A stretch of DNA of 64,000 nucleotides. It comes from Paraphysomonas bandaiensis. Its lineage: Eukaryota > Protista > Chrysophyceae. The notes under the pieces were generated by a model. The model saw only the letters and a list, made by a program, of their open reading frames with translations, was not told the origin of the DNA and ran no database searches. This document shows positions 40,556 to 52,469 of the stretch, in pieces (within the stretch, counting starts at the first letter, position 1; each line of letters starts with the position of its first letter). A program made the position numbers and the translations under genes. The DNA is taken from NCBI GenBank assembly GCA_965644295.1, contig CBFFRP010000463.1, positions 72,992 to 136,991 of the forward strand, read 5' to 3'.

Positions 40556-43181
40556 TTAACCATTTGGCATGGTACTAGAATAATGTCTACCGACTATGTA
40601 ACAAAAAGAAGTATATATTACTGGAAATGCAACATACAACAATTTACCTCGAAGATTGATAGATCTGAGTTTAGCACCATCGGTTCGTTTTACGTATATA
40701 CGCCATGATACTCTCTCGTCAAAATTAAGCAAAAATCCATACAAAATTGCTAGCAGTGCTGTCATTAACCCAACAACCCACGACGACTTCATAAACTCCA
40801 TGATCACATCCCACATGCAGAGTATGCTGCCTCCATAACCAATAAGTGCAGCGAATTTATACATCCTAAAATATAATTCTTAGAAGGGAAGGAAGTACAC
40901 AAACCAAAACTTACCTAAACCAAAATAAAAGGTATGACAAAAATATACATATTCCAGTCCTCTGTAGGGTATACAACAAGCATTGAGACCACAAAGAATG
41001 TTTTAAACTGCTGATATCGAGCCCAAATGATTGCAGAGTGTAAGAAACAACTCTCCCCAAAAGGGTTCGTACGGATATCGTTGGACTAAACACGCCAGAT
41101 ATAGTTTCCAATAAATATTCAGAAGAAATGTGCCGTAATTCATCCATATTCGACGTGAACTTCGCGACCAATTGTTCTCCATCCAATCGATCATTATATC
41201 TATGCACATATTTTACACTCTCTTCAACAAAATCGGAGCCAGCGCATTTCTTACTCAGGTGCACACAAAAAAACCTATTGTTGAGCAACAAGTTACAGCA
41301 ACGTCAAACATCACCGAGTAAAACCATACTTGGCTTGCAATGTCACCCAGTTTTTAAAATTATCAGCATCAATCAGGCCCCCGTGTGAAGTCATTTCTGG
41401 CTTTGTATGAACGGCTACTCCTGTGCGATATCTCGGTAGTGACCCGCAGCAGTAGCAGTAAGCTGCACAAATTCCAACCGCGCAGAAGAAATAATACATT
41501 ATTGAATTTTGGTAGCCCTTTTGGGTCTGTCTTTTCTCTTTAAGTCTCCTATCTTCAGTCAAATACTGGCGTCGTCTTTCGTCAATATTCTACATTTATA
41601 TTAGACACGGTATTCAGTTGACATAGCAGTTTACCTTTTCGCCATTACAATCATTGTCCAAGTCATCAAAATCTAGCAATTTTCGGATATCGCTAAACTG
41701 TTTCGTGGACTCACTAGTGGCACAGTCATCCAACCGCCGCCACCTCTCTTCAACTTCACTCACCGCCCGTCGCTTCTCCCTCGCTGACTCTGTCCTTAGC
41801 CTGCCAAAGACATACTAAGACCATGTCGCTGCTTATTCATTGCCCACCTGTCATGCTCCATCATCCATTGTGCGCCTTCCCTGGTGATAATTTCTGCAGA
41901 GACCTGAGAAGAGCAGTACTGCTGAAGCGAAAATGTATAACTCGATGAAACCAAAACTTTAGCTTCTCTCTGTGTTTGTTGATCCTGTAGTTGTGTCTCA
42001 CTTCCTTCATCAGTCACCCTCTGCATCTCCTGTGTTACCTGCTCAATCTGGTTCACCTTACTCTGTACGACATGTCAGCTAACAGTATCGTGCGTGGTTC
42101 AACTACACGTACTTCTTCGGCTATCACTAAAGTCTGTTCGACCTGAATCACGTGATTCTGCAAGGTACATTAGCCTAGCACTTAAATGTACGCAGACGAA
42201 CCGCAAAGGACACAGCAAGTCTGTGAAGCGCATTCTGTAGTTCCTCATCAACTGACGCCTCCACACGAGCCATTTCTTCGCACCGCGCTTTGCTAACTTG
42301 TTCTGTTGCTTTCTTATAGGTCGATGACCCTGTAAAGCTAAATATTGGGTATTGGCGCTCCAATTGACGACACAGAGAAAGCTGCGACAAAATGCCTGAC
42401 ATCTGTTTGCCTGTTAGTACAGTTGCACCATTAAAGTGTAGGAACGTACACTTCTACCGCATTCCATAGCTCCACTTAGGTCAGACAATGTATTCTCGTG
42501 TATGGACCGCACTTTCTCTGCAACCTTTTTACATACACCAAAACGGGCCCTCTCCTCTTCCAGCCGACTGACTATATAAGAGATATATATTTCTTCATCT
42601 ACATCGGCCCCTCTCAAATCAAAAAAACTACCACTACTTCCAAGTAAGGATTGAAATATCATCTCTACACGTTGAACAATGTCTCTATGGTAGTTAATAT
42701 CAACTGCCCTCTCGTGCCCCAAACTGTCCTTGGTGAACTTTCGCAGAGCATCAATAACTTTAGCTAGTCTAGAGATGCCTTCATTTGGTTGAATCCAAAG
42801 TTCCGAAATATAACCCTCACGCTCAATATGTTCCAAATCATTATTAAATATATCATACAGAGATATTTCTGTCTGATTTGAATCATCGGAAGGTTTACGT
42901 GTTCGTTTCCACATATAACAAATAGTGATAAGGACACACAGAGTAGTAACGACACACACTATCAAGAGAGTCGGTGTAATGTCATCACTGGGTGTTGTTT
43001 CTATAAGTTTCACGACTTCAGTCTCAATATTATCGAGTTCACTGCATCTAGTAGGCTGTAATGGTTCTGGATCATCCCTAAGATTGTTATAGATATCATT
43101 AGCCTCATTGTTTTGAGTATCATCCAATAGAGATTCTAATTCAATATCATTCAGTAAGAGATAGATTTCATGTGCATCCAT
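40556..43181 (-). CDS. Hypothetical membrane protein with coiled coil (multi-exon)
   Basis: A chain of minus-strand ORFs separated by short GT-AG introns. Transmembrane segments near aa 70-90, at about 41500 and near the C-terminus. No family recognised. Confidence 0.55.
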
Positions 43182-44026
43182 AGTTCACTTGAAGGAGTTA
43201 TGTGTTTAAAGTGCTTCTATACTTGAGTATGTATATGTACACATTCATATGAACCCACAACTGACTCTCTACGTCTCTATGTACAGCAGGAGTATTACCT
43301 CGATATGTATACGTATATCTATCTATACGTATAGTAGACGTGGGAATGGACTACTGGAGGCTGTACCATACACTACATTTCCATAGTAAAATACTGCATA
43401 CTCTGATGCCGTATACATATAGCATACGTAGAGCTAAATGATGATTCGGTATAGAAGTCTTCGAGTGATGGAAATGAAAGTCAATGTGCACATTCGTTTT
43501 TGTCACAGTGATTATGTTTTCAGTTATTGTACATGTGTGACTCTGTAGGATACGAGTGAGAGTGTACAGTAGAACATGATCAGCTGTAGTATTATTGTGT
43601 TGTAGGGAGACACCATAATTTTCTATCACTAACGATTTCTGTAGTATTTGCAAAGAGACTTGTCTTTTGCCTACCTGTAGTGTAGTTTGAACGGAGGACA
43701 ACGGGCGAACTGGATCCGTGAGTGTTTGATTGATCTGTAGTATCAGTGTTGTATTTTCGATTCAAGTACGTATTTCTCTACGTGATAGGAAATTAGAGCC
43801 CGGTGCCGATCAAGACACGGTTGGGGGGGTTTTTGGTGGTTCAGTGCCAGAATGGACACAGTGGAGGGTTTTTTGCTTTTTTGGGGGGTTTTCTGATCAT
43901 TCCAACAAGCCCAAGTGTAGCTAACAAATCCATACATCAATTGCATTCGAAATAAGTCAAATATATCCACTTATTCAGTGATGAATTGTGATCCTGTATT
44001 GACTATGATGAGATATTATTTTACTT

Positions 44027-46520
44027 ATGCACGTGATGGAACTCACAGAGGAAGGTCAAGCGTTTCCAGACTTTCAATCTATCATGAACCACATGCAACA
44101 GATAGCCAGTTGTGGAGGCACACGTACAGGAAAACAACTGCGACGCGATCCACATGTAGCTCAAGGAAGCAATAGAGTTACTATGATATGTATGAATCCA
44201 GCATGTGCTCTAAGATTATGTGCTCGGCGTAAGCGTGATAAAACATACTATATGGATAGTGCTGCAAGTATTAAGGAGCATTATGTGTTGAACGAGGATG
44301 GTATGAGAATTCCTTGTGTCGTCTTCGGAAAAGCATCACAGGTTTATATATATATATATGAATGAACTTTTCATTATTCAGTTCTTCAAGAACGAGGTGT
44401 TGAACAATGAAAAGTTTGCAGTGATCATGAAGGATGTTGGAGTCGGTCCTCGTAATATTAGCACTACCCGCATTCAGGTGAGAACACACACACATCATTG
44501 CCATCATATACGAGCTATAATGTTCTTGTGATGCAAGGCATTTACTACTGTAATTTTGTATGAAAATCTTATGATATGGGAGGGTGAGAGAATGCGCCAT
44601 TTATTAGTATACCTACGCGTTTCTGTTCTCACCACTGAATACACAAATATATGAGTCGACACAAAGATATATCGCAATGTATAAAATATAAGTGCTCTTT
44701 TAACTAGCAACTTCTGTTGGTTGATGGCATAAATGCCACGCCCGATGTGGTTAAGAAAGCTGCAGCACTCAGTCGAATTCAAGTAGAAGACCAATTGGGC
44801 AGTTTTTCATTGCTAGAGCCATTTCTAGAGCTGTACAAAGAACAAAATCCCGGTGCTCATTACGAACTTCGCCGTAACGATATTACGGAGGAGTTTAATA
44901 GTTTAGCATTTGTTTTTCCATACGTTAAGAATTGCATTGAACACGAGTACCTGAGGCGCATATTTGGTCTGGATGTTTCTCATATGAAGAAGATTTCCCT
45001 ACAGGGCGATATCATTATACGACCAATGTTTTTAACGGTTGTGAGTGGACGAACCCTTGATAATCACATGATAGTATGTGGGTTTGCAATAACATTTGCT
45101 GAATGTAGAGACGACATAGACTTTTTGAATGCAGCTATGATAGAAGCTGGGGTCGTTCTCAATGATCCACGGAATACTATTTTGAGTGACCGAGGTACTG
45201 CTGAGATATCATTTCTACAGAGAAGTCTCCCGTTAGCCTTTGAATTTCATTGTGGAATTCATTTGGAAAGAAACTTGAAGAGCAAGGGATGGTCACATTG
45301 GTTGCCACTCTACTGGAAAGCACGCAATGCTCCAACTATCGTTGAACATATGAGATGTATGAGGTATGAGGTAAATGATTGCAATACAAGAGTAACATAT
45401 ATATACTTCTACTATAGTGTCATAGAATCTTCATGCAAACCGATGTATGAGTACCTAAGCAAACTCAACAACTGGTAGTTATACCAAGCTGTGGACACAG
45501 GTCATATGTTGTACGATTGGAAGAGTGATAATATTGTTGAAGCAATCTTCGCATGGTGCCGTGAAACAAGATTTCTGAATCCTTACATGTTTGTAAAGAA
45601 GTTTTTAGTTGATATATTAGAGAGTAATAACAGGCGGAAGGATGACATTGCTCGGTTGCAGACTGTACTCCATCCCCAAGCTGAACAACACTTTCATGTA
45701 ATATCGCACGTGTAAATTGTGCAATAGTAAGCTTAATATGTTAGGTAATGTGTATAATTGCTTACGTTCTAATATTTTATACTTGATAGGATATACAGAA
45801 AAAAGTCAGACATTGTCCAATGGAGGTTCACATTCTCGATACTGTGAGCGAGCGAGGTATTGTGCATACCATCACGGATGCAGTGCATAGAAGCGAGTTG
45901 AGAAATGTGGACTTGTCTAAGCAGAAATGCGACTGTGGAAAGTATCAACAAACAGGACTACCGTGTAAGGATGCGTGGTTCCTGCTTAAAGAGTTGTATC
46001 CGAATGGAATGCCACAAGACCTATTTTCGGAGAAATACTTCAATAAAGACTGCTTTACTATGAGAGTAAAAAATATGTTTGCAGACGTGCCTGAATTGTT
46101 AGGCACGATTCCCTCTACTTCAGAAGTTGATAATCGATTGCGATCCAAATCGTTTAGGACTATCAAAGCTCCTCTTGCTAATGATTCCAAGTCTTACAGG
46201 AGTTCGAAACGATTGACTAGTACCGGAGAAAGTTCTAGCAGGTGCTGTCAGATATATTTATTCTTATACATTTATAACGCACAACAGTTCTACTAGTCAG
46301 GCGTCATTCAAAAAGCAAAAGAAACAGTGTCCCGACTGTCACCAGTGGCTCTCGCGCAAGACGCTGCATCCCACCAGTGCATGTAGCAGGTATTGTATTC
46401 GAAATGGTATGAGTCCGCCTGAGGTTATTCTTTCCGGCTATATTGACGAGTTGAGTTACCCTGATGATATCGCTGAGCTATCAGAATCGCCTGCTGAAGA
46501 AACTGCAACACACTTTAGTT
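44027..46520 (+). CDS. MULE DDE transposase with SWIM finger (spliced; intactness uncertain)
   Basis: FGLDVSH (D1), ILSDRG (D2), HCGIH (CxxH), SDNIVEA (E); SWIM-like KCDCGKYQQTGLPCKD. Confidence 0.8.
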
Positions 46521-46929
46521 AGAAATCGGTTGTGTATTCCATATTTTTTGTGGCCGCATGTATATTATCGTTTAGTTGGGCAATTACATATCTTTAATTT
46601 TAACGAAATGTGTCTTTACTGTTGTTGAGTTGTTGCTCAGTGATAAAATTCATGCACGGTAGTGTTTAGTGTTTTAAACTGTACTTGACTAGCTAGAACC
46701 TTTGTCATACTACTAATAATATATGATCACATTAACCACTTCTTGTAATATTCTAGTTAGTTGAAATAACTTTTGTAATTCTGTGATAGCTAGATACTAG
46801 GGCTGATGTAAAAGAGTTTGAAAGTTGTCCTTATCTATACTCTATACAGTCATTGAAAATTTACATGTCATACACCCTGATAATACTAAACTGAAACCAA
46901 GACTATACACACAGAACGGGGGGTAGGCG

Positions 46930-48963
46930 TGTTGAGATCTGAAGATTCTATATACTTGCAATTGAGTGCAGTATTATGTGAGATGCAAGGATCGAAAGAT
47001 ATATATGTAATTAGTACATTATATTATGTAGTATGAAACTGAAGTAGAAGTGGATGACTATACAGGATACGATGACTGAGTGTGTGGTTGTACACTATAG
47101 TAGTAAATGAATGGTGTTGAACACATCGAACACAACTTAGGTTCTTTATCATGTAATGTTTATAATTTCATCTTATCAGTTGAGAATAGTAAACCTTAGC
47201 AAATAATGTCAACTTCTGTTATGGTAGCGGATGGTAGTTGTAGGGATGGGGAAGATGACAAGAATCTACGGTTTGACAAGAACCAAGCAGACTATTCAGC
47301 GAGAAAAATCAAGATGCATCTAATGAAGAAAAACCGAAACCATCTTGGCTTGGAGGACCCGCCAGCCGGAGGAAGGAATTTAGAGTCATGGAGAGAGCGT
47401 AATGATACCTAAATTCATACGATCTATGCATTTTAAACCATGTGTATTAGACCCGTGTTTGTATTATCAGTATAAGGGCGATGAATTGATATTATTAACG
47501 ATATATGTGGATGATATCCTAGTGTTAGGTCGTGATGTCAACATAGTGAAGGATATTAAAGCTCAACTGTGTGCCCGGTTTGATATGAAGGATATGGGCG
47601 AGATGGAACATTTTCTGAATGTTCGAGTCACAAGAACGCCAGAGTATATTCGTCTTGACCAATCAGTATATGCGGCTAAGATCTTAGAAAAGTTTGAAAA
47701 GTATCTTGGGCCACCGCGAAAGGTACGGAAGAGTCCTCTACCGGCGGAAGCAATGGATTTAGTGGCAAAAGGGGCGCGGCATGAGCATACCGAGGAGGAA
47801 CAGCTTATAGTAGATAACTTCCCATATCGGCCGCTGATAGGTGCATTACTATATCTATCGATGAACACGAGGCCGGATATTGCCTATGCAGTGGGAGTAC
47901 TGTCTCGGTTCAGTAATAAGGTGAATATTGAAGTATGCAAGCTATTAACACATGTATGGCAATATATTCGTGGTTCTATTGACAAAGGGATTCAATATGG
48001 GAGTAGACGGTTCGACTTCCATATGTTTACTGACGCGGATTGGGCGGGAGATCAGCTCTCCAGGAAGTCCACGTCGGGGTACGTTGGGTTTGCAGCGGGA
48101 GGGCCTATAGTCTGGCAGTCCAAACTGCAGACGACAGTGGCAACGTCAAGCATGCAGTCTGAGTATCAGTGTATTTACTCGGGTCTCCAAGAAGTGCTAT
48201 GGGTTCGGGGGGTGACGGGTGAGATTAAGTTGAGGCTCATCAAACCCACACCATTCTTCATCGACAGTCAGAGTGCCCAGGATTTGGCCGAAAACCCAGT
48301 GTTTCACAAGAAGTCGAAGCACATTGAGATTAAGTATCACATGGTGAGAGAGCACGTGGATCCCAATCAGTTCAATACGATTAAGTTAGTGCATGTGCAT
48401 ACATCGCAACAAGCAGCAGATATTTATACAAAGTCATTGGTTGGTTTATCATATATGGAGCAGAGAAAGAGAAATCTTGGAGAGAAAGTTAAGAGTTCCA
48501 CTGAAGTGATTAATGAGGGACCAAGGGATAAAAGAAGGCGCAAGTAGGTACTGAGTTTTTTAGACAGAGGTTTAGACTTAGAGATGAGTCTATTTTACTG
48601 TCAAGAATTTTTTTATCTCAGGCATTCAATAGCTGGGAGGCGTCATAGTACAACACTCAATTGAGGGGGAGTGTTGAGATCTGAAGATTCTATATACTTG
48701 CAATTGAGTGCAGTATTATGTGAGATGCAAGGATCGAAAGATATATATGTAATTAGTACATTATATTATGTAGTATGAAACTGAAGTAGAAGTGGATGAC
48801 TATACAGGATACGATGACTGAGTGTGTGGTTGTACACTATAGTAGTAAATGAATGGTGTTGAACACATCGAACACAACTTAGGTTCTTTATCATGTAATG
48901 TTTATAATTTCATCTTATCAGTTGAGAATAGTAAACCTTAGCAAATAATGTCAACTTCTGTTA
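46930..48963 (+). mobile_element. Internally deleted Ty1/copia LTR retrotransposon nested in the MULE
   Basis: 292-bp LTRs at 46930-47221 and 48672-48963, identical by eye. 5-bp TSD AGGCG. Primer-binding site TGGTAGCGGA at 47222; polypurine tract GAGGGGGAG at 48663-48671. Confidence 0.95.
47402..48547 (+). CDS. Partial copia RT (C-terminal half) plus RNase H
   Basis: DPCLY, IYVDDIL, FDMKDMG, PYRPLIGALLYL, TRPDIAYAV, FTDADWAGD, SKLQTTVATSS, KSKHIEIKYH, ADIYTKSL. Confidence 0.92.
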   Translation: MIPKFIRSMHFKPCVLDPCLYYQYKGDELILLTIYVDDILVLGRDVNIVKDIKAQLCARFDMKDMGEMEHFLNVRVTRTPEYIRLDQSVYAAKILEKFEKYLGPPRKVRKSPLPAEAMDLVAKGARHEHTEEEQLIVDNFPYRPLIGALLYLSMNTRPDIAYAVGVLSRFSNKVNIEVCKLLTHVWQYIRGSIDKGIQYGSRRFDFHMFTDADWAGDQLSRKSTSGYVGFAAGGPIVWQSKLQTTVATSSMQSEYQCIYSGLQEVLWVRGVTGEIKLRLIKPTPFFIDSQSAQDLAENPVFHKKSKHIEIKYHMVREHVDPNQFNTIKLVHVHTSQQAADIYTKSLVGLSYMEQRKRNLGEKVKSSTEVINEGPRDKRRRK

Positions 48964-49646
48964 AGGCGTCCTGGGGGCACAATAACATTACTTTAAAAGG
49001 AATAAAACAGCTATATCTTTTAGTGTGTAGTCAAAAGTCAAAAGAATATCAATACACGAATTACAACATCATTAACAGAAGCACACAAATTCACTGTTAT
49101 AAAAGTATACATAATACCAACAGTATGGAACTATTCAAGCAGCCACTAATCTACCTTCTACGAGTTACTTGTGCTCTTGCATGGCGCCATAAGATTCATG
49201 TGGCAACAAAGGCAGGGGATGTCAATCAAAGAAGATTATAGATATGCCAATATTTACTCATATATTTCTGATTCCTACACCTGTTCATCTGAAAGACTCC
49301 TATATTCGATCTCATCGGAGTATAAGAGTGGCTAGCAGGACTATGAATGCATGTTCTTCGAGATCTAGAAGCAACTGCTCCACGTTGGCCTTTTATAGCC
49401 CTAGCTGTGTCGATAGAGCATCGAGCTGGGTCCCTCGTCCAACTGGAAAGCCATTCACAGGGGAGTTGTGAACACAATGTACCTTCCTGCTTCTATATGT
49501 TGGCAGTGAGTGTGCTGTATGTTGGAAAGGAAAATGTCAGAAAACCCCCCAAAAAAGCAAAAACCCCTCCAATGTGTCCATTCTGGCACTGAACCACCAA
49601 AAAACCCCCCAACCGTGTCTTGATCGGCACCGGGCTCTAGGAAATT

Positions 49647-50183
49647 ATGAAGAAGTCGAGCAACGAGAAGCTCAAGAAGTTTAGGAACAAGGCGTTGGAC
49701 CAGCGGTCCAGGGGCCAAGGGGCAGAGGCATTGACCCCAACGGTGCCGATTCTGAAGTATGGGACGAACACCAACCTGGCGGTATTTAAGCAGAAGCTCA
49801 CAGTGGCCGCCATGATGCTATTTGGTGACCTAGCGAGGCTCGTGGAGACCGATGAGTATTATGAACCACCCAAGATAAAGATTGAGGACTACGATCTCGA
49901 TAATGACCCCCACGGTCTGAACCTGGAAGAACTTAAGGATGCGAGAAAGACACGCCAAAGGAAGATTGACCAAATGCGTGACAACCGATCAGCTTTCTAT
50001 GCGTTCATGTATGACAGACTGAGCAACGAGTCCGTGGACGCGATTAAGCAATTGGAGGAATACGAAGAGATTAACTCCTCCAAGGACCCTCTACTGTTGT
50101 GGCTTGCTATCAAGCAGACTCACAAAACAGCGACGAACTCCAATGTAGGGACCATCATGCGTGCAGAGACGAGAAAGAAGTAC
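49647..50183 (+). pseudogene. 5' part of a Ty1/copia gag, interrupted by the viral element
   Basis: VPILKYG...FGDLARLVETDEYYEPP...KDPLLLWLAIKQTH...AETRKKY resembles stramenopile copia Gag. Coding character and GC content collapse after 50183. Confidence 0.7.
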
Positions 50184-50338
50184 ACACACAGAGAGGGGGA
50201 GGGCCGAGGGGTCGCTCTAAGCCGCTTAGGCATTCTTCCTGAGCCAGAAAGGCTCTCGTATCGTAATAAAACTTCGTTTTATTACTCTTTCCTTTTCACT
50301 CTATCTTTCTTCCTTTCCACTCTATCTTTAAATATAAT

Positions 50339-50440
50339 AATTATCTTATATAATAATATTAATAATACTATACTTTAAATAAAAATTAATTATCTTATAT
50401 AATAATATTAATAATACTATACTTTAAATAAAAATTAATT
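50339..50440 (+). repeat. 49-bp tandem duplication in the viral terminus
   Basis: AATTATCTTATATAATAATATTAATAATACTATACTTTAAATAAAAATT at 50339 and 50388. Confidence 0.9.
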
Positions 50441-50566
50441 ACTTTATATAATATTAAATAATTATCTTATAATAAAATAAAAATATAGTTTTGGCATTTT
50501 GGCTTTCTGGCATTTTGGCTTTTATGAAAATTAGAAAAAGTTATAAAATAAAATTTATTATATAGT

Positions 50567-50675
50567 TTATGTTATAAAAATCCAGTGCCATAATGCCAGT
50601 TGTGGTGGTGATGATGATGGTGGTGTTGTAACAGTGATGGTTATGTTATAAAAATCCAGTGCCATAATGCCAGTT
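50567..50675 (+). repeat. 35-bp direct repeat pair flanking a 39-bp GT-rich spacer
   Basis: TTATGTTATAAAAATCCAGTGCCATAATGCCAGTT at 50567-50601 and 50641-50675. Confidence 0.9.
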
Positions 50676-50942
50676 TCTATTCAAAATATTTTTTCAAAAT
50701 AATTTATCAAAAATATTTATTCTATTCAAAATATTTATTCTATTCAAAATAATTTATCAAAAATATTTATTCTATTCAAAATATTTTTTCAAAATAATTT
50801 ATCAAAAATATTTATTCTATTCAAAATATTTATTCTATTCAAAATATTTTTTCAAAATAATTTATCAAAAATATTTATTCTATTCAAAATATTTTTTCAA
50901 AATAATTTATCAAAAATATTTATTCTATTCAAAATAATTTTT
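50676..50942 (+). repeat. Viral repeat array 1 (45-bp unit and truncated variants)
   Basis: Four copies of TCTATTCAAAATATTTTTTCAAAATAATTTATCAAAAATATTTAT, interleaved with 18- and 32-bp deletion variants. Confidence 0.95.
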
Positions 50943-51159
50943 ACGTTATTACCAATTAAAAAATTATTAAAAAGCAAAATGGTTTAAAGAGATAATTTTA
51001 AAAAGGCCATGAAAGATGTCAAAAAGAAAAAACGGATGAAGGTTAATAAATAGTTGAATACACACACGCAACAAACAATAAACAAAATAGTTTTAAAAAA
51101 TCGGCTCCTTTCTTTAAAGTATGATTAAAGTTTTAAAAAATATATAAAACAAATATATA

Positions 51160-51402
51160 ATGAGTTACACATATGTCGTTATTACAATTACAGATTTAGT
51201 TTGGAATAACACAAAAATATATGAAATTTACAAAACAAAAATCACTAATCCAATAAAGTTCTCAGAAAAGGTTGATAAAAGAATAGAGATAATACGAAAT
51301 AAAATATTTTCAGAAAATGATTATACCTCAGAAGATATTAAAAGATTTAATGAAGAAAATGAAATAAATTATGAGGAGATTGATAGTATTTATAATTTAT
51401 AA
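51160..51402 (+). CDS. Viral hypothetical protein (80 aa)
   Basis: ATG-initiated ORF preceded by the shared upstream motif. Confidence 0.6.
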   Translation: MSYTYVVITITDLVWNNTKIYEIYKTKITNPIKFSEKVDKRIEIIRNKIFSENDYTSEDIKRFNEENEINYEEIDSIYNL

Positions 51403-51422
51403 TAATTTAATGTATTAGTGTT

Positions 51423-51572
51423 TTAATTTATAAAAATTAAAACTAAAAGAAATTTTTGAGTACAATTTGATAATTTTGTATGAATAAATTTATCGTTATC
51501 TTCATCATAATAACCGTTTAATTCACTATCAACATGTCCACAACAATCAAAATATTTAATTCCATAACCCAT
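51423..51572 (-). CDS. Viral small protein (49 aa; not in the ORF track)
   Basis: MGYGIKYFDCCGHVDSELNGYYDEDNDKFIHTKLSNCTQKFLLVLIFIN, preceded by TATTTTTA-TCT-AACA-TATAT-ATATA. Confidence 0.45.
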   Translation of the reverse strand: MGYGIKYFDCCGHVDSELNGYYDEDNDKFIHTKLSNCTQKFLLVLIFIN

Positions 51573-51599
51573 TATATATATATATGTTAGATAAAAATA

Positions 51600-52397
51600 T
51601 TACTCTGTTGTTGAATCTAAACTCCATGTATCACCTGTCAATCTAAAATTGATAGTGTTAAACATAATATAACCTGCTGAGGCAATAACAATTCTTATAA
51701 TTGAATATCTTTTAGTTGTTGTAACTGCTTCAGTGAACAAAGTTGAATCTTGTGTTCCTGGAAATGCTACATCATCAATATAATTCCAAGTTGTGCCATC
51801 ATCAGAACCTAATATATAGCATGCTTTCATTGTTCTCTCTTGTGATGTGCTTCTTTCTTGAGTTGATATAGATGTTAAACGAATTTTATAAGGTAATTGA
51901 ACTTGAACCCATTCACCATCTATTGATTGAGATGTATCATATGTAGTTGAAAAATAATGATCTGTTCCATTACTACCGATGTAATTACCTGTTGTACCAT
52001 CATAAGCTTCACCAGAAGGCATAGCATAAAAAACGCCATCTCTGTAATTGTCAATACCATTTGGTCCGCTGTTATATCTGTTATTACCCCAGAACGTCTC
52101 ATCACTATCATCAAATAATAAGTTACATGAATTTAAAGGGTCGGCTCCAGTATATCTACCATATGATGAACAAATTAAATTATATGTTCCATTTGCGTAA
52201 GATGTTGAACCAGAACCGCCAGAATAAGATTTAGAAATGTGAGTATCAAAAACATCCTGACCATTAAAAGCAGTTGGAAGACCTGTAAATGATGTAGGAA
52301 AAGTGACATTTGTTTGGTATTGTGTATTTGTATTACCTTGAACGACATTGTATTTGTTAATGTGATTAGCAATATTAATAATAGAACTTAGTGACAT
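51600..52397 (-). CDS. Viral protein with discoidin/F5-8-type C (galactose-binding-like) domain
   Basis: GEWVQVQLPYKIRLTSI and ILGSDDGTTWNYI motifs; S/T/G/N-rich, like a receptor-binding protein. Confidence 0.7.
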   Translation of the reverse strand: MSLSSIINIANHINKYNVVQGNTNTQYQTNVTFPTSFTGLPTAFNGQDVFDTHISKSYSGGSGSTSYANGTYNLICSSYGRYTGADPLNSCNLLFDDSDETFWGNNRYNSGPNGIDNYRDGVFYAMPSGEAYDGTTGNYIGSNGTDHYFSTTYDTSQSIDGEWVQVQLPYKIRLTSISTQERSTSQERTMKACYILGSDDGTTWNYIDDVAFPGTQDSTLFTEAVTTTKRYSIIRIVIASAGYIMFNTINFRLTGDTWSLDSTTE

Positions 52398-52469
52398 ATA
52401 TATATTGATGTTATAAAATAATTTGTAATTTTTACATTAAATAATTATATAGTATAAATATATATAACC

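Larger units (their letters stand above)
43796..49637 (+). mobile_element. Mutator (MULE) DNA transposon, 5.8 kb
   Basis: ~110-bp terminal inverted repeats (TIRs): GAGCCCGGTGCCGATCAAGACACGGTTGGGG at 43796, reverse complement ending at 49637. 10-bp TSD TAGGAAATTA at 43786-43795 and 49638-49647. Internal transposase. Confidence 0.93.

Noticed and set aside
49647-50378. 243-aa ORF as a complete protein with a hydrophobic tail
   Set aside because: Residues after KKY are read-through into the non-coding viral terminus.
50567-50942. CRISPR-like appearance (35-bp repeat, 39-bp spacer, repeat, then an array)
   Set aside because: There are only two repeats, the spacer is low-complexity, the following array has no unique spacers, there are no cas genes, and the context is eukaryotic/viral.
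51410-51445. Mimivirus-type hairpin polyadenylation signals after viral genes
   Set aside because: A few imperfect AT-only hairpins exist (here, near 60720 and near 62990), but they are expected by chance at this AT content and are not consistent across genes.
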